Source: Azolla caroliniana (lineage: Eukaryota > Plantae > Polypodiophyta). Taken from it: 64,000 nucleotides of DNA. Within the stretch, counting starts at the first letter, position 1; every line of letters starts with the position of its first letter. A program made the position numbers and the translations under genes. The stretch covers positions 14,632,001 through 14,696,000 of the forward strand of contig JBHGNT010000010.1 in the NCBI GenBank assembly GCA_043228905.1, written 5' to 3'. This document shows, piece by piece, positions 58,366-64,000 of this stretch. The notes under the pieces are model-generated. The model did no database searches. It was not told where the DNA came from and saw only the letters and a program-made list of their open reading frames with translations.

Positions 58366-58520
58366 ATCGACCTACATTGATAGCAATTCTGTTGCTCGTG
58401 GGCAAATACTCTTGCGTGGGGGGTTCCACAAAGGTTTTGCACCCTCGTGGATTCAATCCACAAAGAGACACCTCTACTATTCGCCCACAAGCAACGAAAT
58501 TATTTTCAATGTAGGTCGAT
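58366..58520. repeat. Imperfect inverted repeat with about 44-bp arms
   Basis: ATCGACCTACATTGA..TTGCTCGTGGGC and GCCCACAAGCAA..TCAATGTAGGTCGAT. Confidence 0.8.
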
Positions 58521-58991
58521 TGCCACTTGACAACAAACTTGTGGTCACATGACCTACTAACATCACCTCTACATCAACCATTCCCCCGTTTCACACGCCT
58601 TCCCCCCTTAAGCCAACACCTACGGGCCACAAGTGAAGGGAAACGTGACATTTCCCTAATTACCCTTCCTAACACACTAATATACACACTCAAATGCATT
58701 TACTTCAACAAAACACATACATTTTCAAGTACATATGCATACACTTACACTTATATATACTCATACCCATACACACATCCATAGACATTCATATACCCAT
58801 GTACATATACATAAAATATTGTATACACATACACATTAATACATACATATCTTCACATATTTGCAAAAATAGAGATACAATTTCAAGCACATACACATAA
58901 ACATTAATTCAAACATAATACATATACATATATAAACATGTCCATACTTATACAAGTAATCATATGCATACATTTGATTGTGTGTGTGTGA

Positions 58992-59275
58992 TGTAATGTA
59001 TGTATGTATGTATGTATGTATGTATGTATGTATGTATGTTACACGTATGTATGTATGTATGTATGTATGTTACACGTATGTATGTATGTTACACGTATGT
59101 ATGTATGTATGTATGTATGTATGTATGTATGTATGTATGTATGTATGTATGTATGTTACACGTATGTATGTATGTATGTATGTATGTATGTTACACGTAT
59201 GTATGCATGTATGTATGTATGTATGTATGTATGTATGTATGTATGTATGTATGTATGTATGTATGTATGTATGTA
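58992..59275. repeat. (TATG)n microsatellite with recurring TTACACG interruptions
   Basis: Seen directly; flanked by ACAT-rich low-complexity DNA at about 58680-59420. Confidence 0.97.
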
Positions 59276-59479
59276 CTTGCCCATATATGTGTACATATAT
59301 ACATACATACATACATACACACATATATACAAATATACAAATACATATACACTTACACATACAAACACACATTGCATTTATGCATACATACATTTTAACA
59401 CATATCCGCACACATATACAAGACAATTACATAAGTAATATTGTATGCTTATTCTTTTATTTTTAAAAGAAGATATCAT

Positions 59480-61312
59480 GTCATTAGTGTGAACATTTTA
59501 CAAGATTTTAAACTCTATGTGATCAGTGGGGGAAACAACCATTTCAGAGGTTGAAAATGCCAATAAGGAGTGTCGTAATTGGATGTCATGAATGAAGTAG
59601 TTGTCTGGACGATAGGAAACTCATGCCGATGAGCAATTTTAGCCTCAAAATCTCCAACTATACCATCCCATTGACCCTTCTAAGTATGAACTATGTCTAA
59701 CCAAATATTTGAAACCAATTCAGTTGGTGATGTTTTCAGTTGATGGAAAACGAGAGAGCACCGAGGCTTCCATATGTGATATACAGTTGTACTATTCAGT
59801 ATCTCCCATATTGGTTGGACTTCCTTCTGTATTCCTGAAAATTGTAATGACAACAATGGTAATGCATGAACACTTCCAGATTTAGTGTAAAATCCATGGT
59901 CCATAGAGTCGGCATCATAATGGAATGCATCATGGACAAGTAATGTCCAAACCACCATGCCCCGAGTGAAAACCAATGGGGGAAAATAGTTAGCAAAAAT
60001 TCTAAGGAGACATTGCCACATCAGTTGAGACTCAATGCATTCCCAAAACAATGTTTTTGAGTTTCCATTTGTAAATGGCATCGAGCACAACCAGAAGATA
60101 CGCTCATCTTATGCAACCATGTGCTAACCGGTAAGGCTCGATGTACAAGTAACCATTGTACATGCAATATTTGGTCTAGTTGTTTTCTTGCTCATAAGAT
60201 AACCCAGAAGTTTGCAAGGAATTGGAGAGTAATACCTTGTTGATTCCAATATTGAAATGCCACCAGTAACACATCCCGTGTATCTAAAAGCACATGTCTT
60301 CCCAACTGTACAAAATATTGGAAGAAATTTAACTTGTTACCCGTAAAAGGATTTGTCCACTAATAATCAATTGGGTCCCAATCTAATCTAAATACTGGTT
60401 TCTTGGCCAACACACACAACTTCCAATGTGCCCTTATATCCTCTATTAGTGGATCAATATACCATTTACGATCAGCATATCCGATGACCCTTATCTTGTG
60501 TTCAATAGCGCAATAGTAATCTATCACCATTTCCCCCAACTGAGACAATTGATTTGTTTCATCCACCTCAAAAAACCGGTAGGTCTTATACTCAGAATAC
60601 CCCTTAACATCAAGAGTACTTCCAATCTTGAAAAACCCCAACCCATGTATGGTTAGAGTTATTGGGTGGTATGGGGAGTCTACTCATAGCTTCCTGAATT
60701 TGCTGACACATTATTTGACCTCCATGCATATTACCTAGGATTTCCTTTTGCTCTTCTCATGAACACGATAAAAATTCTTGCCAGGTCCTAACTGATTTCA
60801 TAGGACCTTCCGTCATTTTTCCCCATGATAACCATTGTCTAGAACCCAACTAAACCATATGATGTTGTAAACAACAGGTTCCAAACTATCCTTTGTCTGA
60901 GATACTCAAGATAATGTTTGGGGTTGGGTTTATTCCGAAGCAAACCATGTAATACTTGTTTCCATGCTGAAAATAGTCTCCTAATAAATTTGTCTTCCCA
61001 TCTATTGGTTGAAGGTACTTAGAAATTTCCCCTAAATATCCAATTTACATTCTTCGACCAGGAGCCACCTAGGTGAGGAGAGCAATCTGAACAACGGTCA
61101 AGTAATAATACTTTCCACATCTCTCTCCCCAAAGTAAATCCTCTAATGAGCATCTTACTTAACAATGCTCTTGATTGGTCTACTAGGTCAATAATACCGA
61201 ATCCTCCTTTAGAACGAGGTAAGGTAATATGATTATTCTTAAACTCACATACATAATGAAATACTCGTATACTTTCACTAGTACATAGAGTCACACTTAG
61301 ATACATAATCAA
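59480..61312 (-). mobile_element. Decayed, 5'-truncated L1/Tx1-type LINE ORF2 C-terminus
   Basis: LPRSKGGFGIIDL post-RT motif; HRALPVSTW..CARC..HCFWEC zf-RVT-like motif. Confidence 0.7.
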
Positions 61313-61329
61313 AGTTCATCAAGCATGTC

Positions 61330-63240
61330 CGAGGGAAATTACAAACCATTACAACCAACAACTATGAGGGTCTTGGAGTCATCAACTTGATCCAATCCCA
61401 TCTTCCTTAGTTAAAGCCCTAGGCGGTCACGCTCATATTTCACACACGTGTGCAAGTAACATCGTGAAAATGCTTCCTTTCCATTAGATCTTAGCAATTT
61501 GATCATGATTGTGGAGCATTCTGAAATACTATGGTTTATGATCGTTGTCTTCTTTGGGACACTCATCAAGCTAGAAGTTAGGCCACCAACATGGTCATGT
61601 AGTGTTTGTCTTGGCTTATGTTCTCAATCATTATGGAATACATCACGATGTTTATTTGTCAAATTTCATGATACATTGGTATAGAATATCTTTCCAAATA
61701 GTAGGGTTGTGGCACATGTTCAAGTCAATGGCCCACAAAGATGCACATAGTTGGTTAAGGACGAAGCTTGGTTCATACTTCATAAGAGACTTTCATATAT
61801 GTAATGTATCCAAAGACTTTGTAGCATGAAAGACCTAAATTCCATCCAAAAAAGTGTTTATGGGGAGTCACGTTGTGTAATACCACAATTAAGCAACAAT
61901 TCATAATGTAGAACACCATGGCTCACACAATCCCCCACATCCCCCAATTTAAGCATGGAATGCTCTTTCTTGATCATGAGCATGACACTTCTTTGATATG
62001 ATGATTCTTTAGCTTTGCTATTTTTTTGTTGAGGCATGTACTAATGCATGAGTTGTCTACATGTTCCCACTCTTTGTTGGCATGATGTAAATTCATCAAA
62101 GATACTCTCTAGAGCTATCAAATAGAAGACATCAAATCTTTTGGTCAATATATTTCTTCAAAAAACTTCACTCTTTACAAACATTAAGTGAACTCGTGTG
62201 TGCTAAGAGTGATTTTCAATGAAGATGACATAATATCTAAATCCACTTAGTGTAATGGTGTGCGTATGCCCCCCCATATATCTAAATGGACGACGTCTAG
62301 GAGTCCATTACTCACATTCCAATCCTTTGGAAATGAGTGTTAATTTTGCACACACCACTCACCCTATTTGCTTTGAAGCTCATGAGTCAACTCACAACTC
62401 CTCGTCTTTGCATTGTGTTCTTAACTTTTGCAAGTTGATATGACTAATCTATTTGTGCCATATTTTGATGTCAAATGTGTTTCCCCCCATTGGCATGCAT
62501 CACAAATTTTACCATGTTGCCTTCAAGTATGAACATCTACCCTCTCTTCTTCAACAAGTGACACTGGCCTTTCTCGATGAAGCATATGTGACTATTGAAT
62601 TTAAGTTGCATGCCTTGCTCCACTACATTGTATGGTGGAAACAAGTTCTGTATAATAATGGGAAGATGCAAGTAGTTCTTGATGCACTTCCTTATTTTTG
62701 TCATCATTGCTAAATGGGACATCTTGGATGTGGAAAATAGGGTGCTTGGTGTCATCACATGTGTCCACGTAGTTGGGTTGCTTGGGTCTTCACAAGTTGT
62801 GAAACCATTTGTAGTTACTTGTCAGATTTCTTAGATGCACCCAAGTTGACAAACCATACATTATCTACCACACTAGTGTTTGTTGTTGTAGAGTTTGCTT
62901 TATTGCTCATCACAAACATTCCTCCCACAATCTTGATGGTCAAAGTTGGTGCAGCAGTTAGTGAGTTGTTGGCCATTGGCAACATTACTCTTTTTCTTGC
63001 AACAGTTCGCATCAATATGATGAGTCTTGCCACAACACTAGCATTTTGTTTTGCTTTGTCAATTTGAGTTGTTTTTTGAAATTCTCCCTTTTATTTTTCT
63101 CGTCCACTCATGCTTTTGTTTTCATGTCGAGGTTTGGAATCCATGTTTTGTGAATATCATTCTCTACTGCTTAATCATTCTTCTTCCACAACTAACTTGT
63201 CGTTTGAATCTGAATAGAGCACTAGGCTTTTAAAGGTCAT
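61330..63240 (-). pseudogene. Very old Copia PR-INT remnant
   Basis: NVWFVNLGAS resembles WYVDSGAS; faint integrase-like segments; boundaries approximate. Confidence 0.55.
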
Positions 63241-64000
63241 AATTTTCATGTGAACATGGTTTTCTTCAACTAACAATGTTGATTAGAAGTTAAAGAGAGA
63301 CGACAATGTTTCTCTAGAGACAATAGTGAGAAGTTATTGAGGCATATCTCCACCATCTATTTCTCACGGACTTGCACGTTGATGGAGGCAAGAGAATCAC
63401 ACAAACAATTGATTTTGAGAGTGTAGTTAAAGAACAATGACGATGTTTCTCTAGAGATGATACCAATTGTCAATGGAATGAGCTCTTATGAAGCATCTCG
63501 TCATCGACTTGGTCATTGACGGAGGCAAGAGAATCACATAAAGATTTGGTTTTGAGGGAATAATTTACATATTCCTTTTGTTGGATGTCAACCACAATAT
63601 CCTTGTCCTAAGTACATATTATATCTCCATAATGCAAATTTACTTTAGTTAAGCTTCCACTTGCAAGAGAGATATTGCATTTGTGTGTTCATCATCAATG
63701 GTGGTTTCATTTTATTTTCTTGCACATTTCTTCACAATGACGAACAACAATAGAACTTTTCCATGCATGAGCAATGTAGGCACACTACAATCGTAGTGAT
63801 CGACCACGTTGATGTGTATAAGACAGTCCTTCGACAAATTGATCACTTCAAGAATAACACACAAGAAACGAAGAGGCTACCTCAATGAATATCCTTCATG
63901 CTCTCATACCATGTTAGTGTATATGTATGCGTGGATGTACATTTAGTATGTACGAGATTTTTATCCAATGTTTCGTTGGTCTTTTATCTCTTTTGTACGC

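Noticed and set aside
58978-59466. MYVCMYVC ORFs
   Set aside because: Translation of the TATG microsatellite

Overview
Eukaryotic, plant-like heterochromatic DNA with no recognisable host gene. The window is almost entirely nested, decayed LTR retrotransposons that can be rebuilt from TG..CA termini, target-site duplications (TSD), primer-binding sites (PBS) and polypurine tracts (PPT). Left part (1-8.1 kb): the 3' end of a Copia element, a solo LTR, and a full-length Copia B (2664-7886) inserted in another LTR. Centre (8797-53245): a five-level nest. A short-LTR element L (tRNA-Ala PBS) contains Gypsy C (tRNA-Trp PBS). C contains E, solo LTR F, Gypsy G and Copia J. G contains Gypsy H (which holds a Copia-type solo LTR), non-autonomous D (which carries a 5S rRNA-derived segment) and a Tcn1-like chromovirus I. 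Right part (53.3-64 kb): AT-rich old Copia and LINE remnants plus a (TATG)n microsatellite. Most notable: the tRNA-Trp Gypsy clade (C/G/H/D/F) shows 4-bp, mostly CpG-centred TSDs, a covarying -1 frameshift signal placed after the protease, a U5-leader stem and an atypical PPT. Element I has an 11-nt self-priming signature and a tRNA-like LTR end. A seed-free land plant such as a fern is my inference only. Element letters are my own labels, and all coordinates were read by eye.
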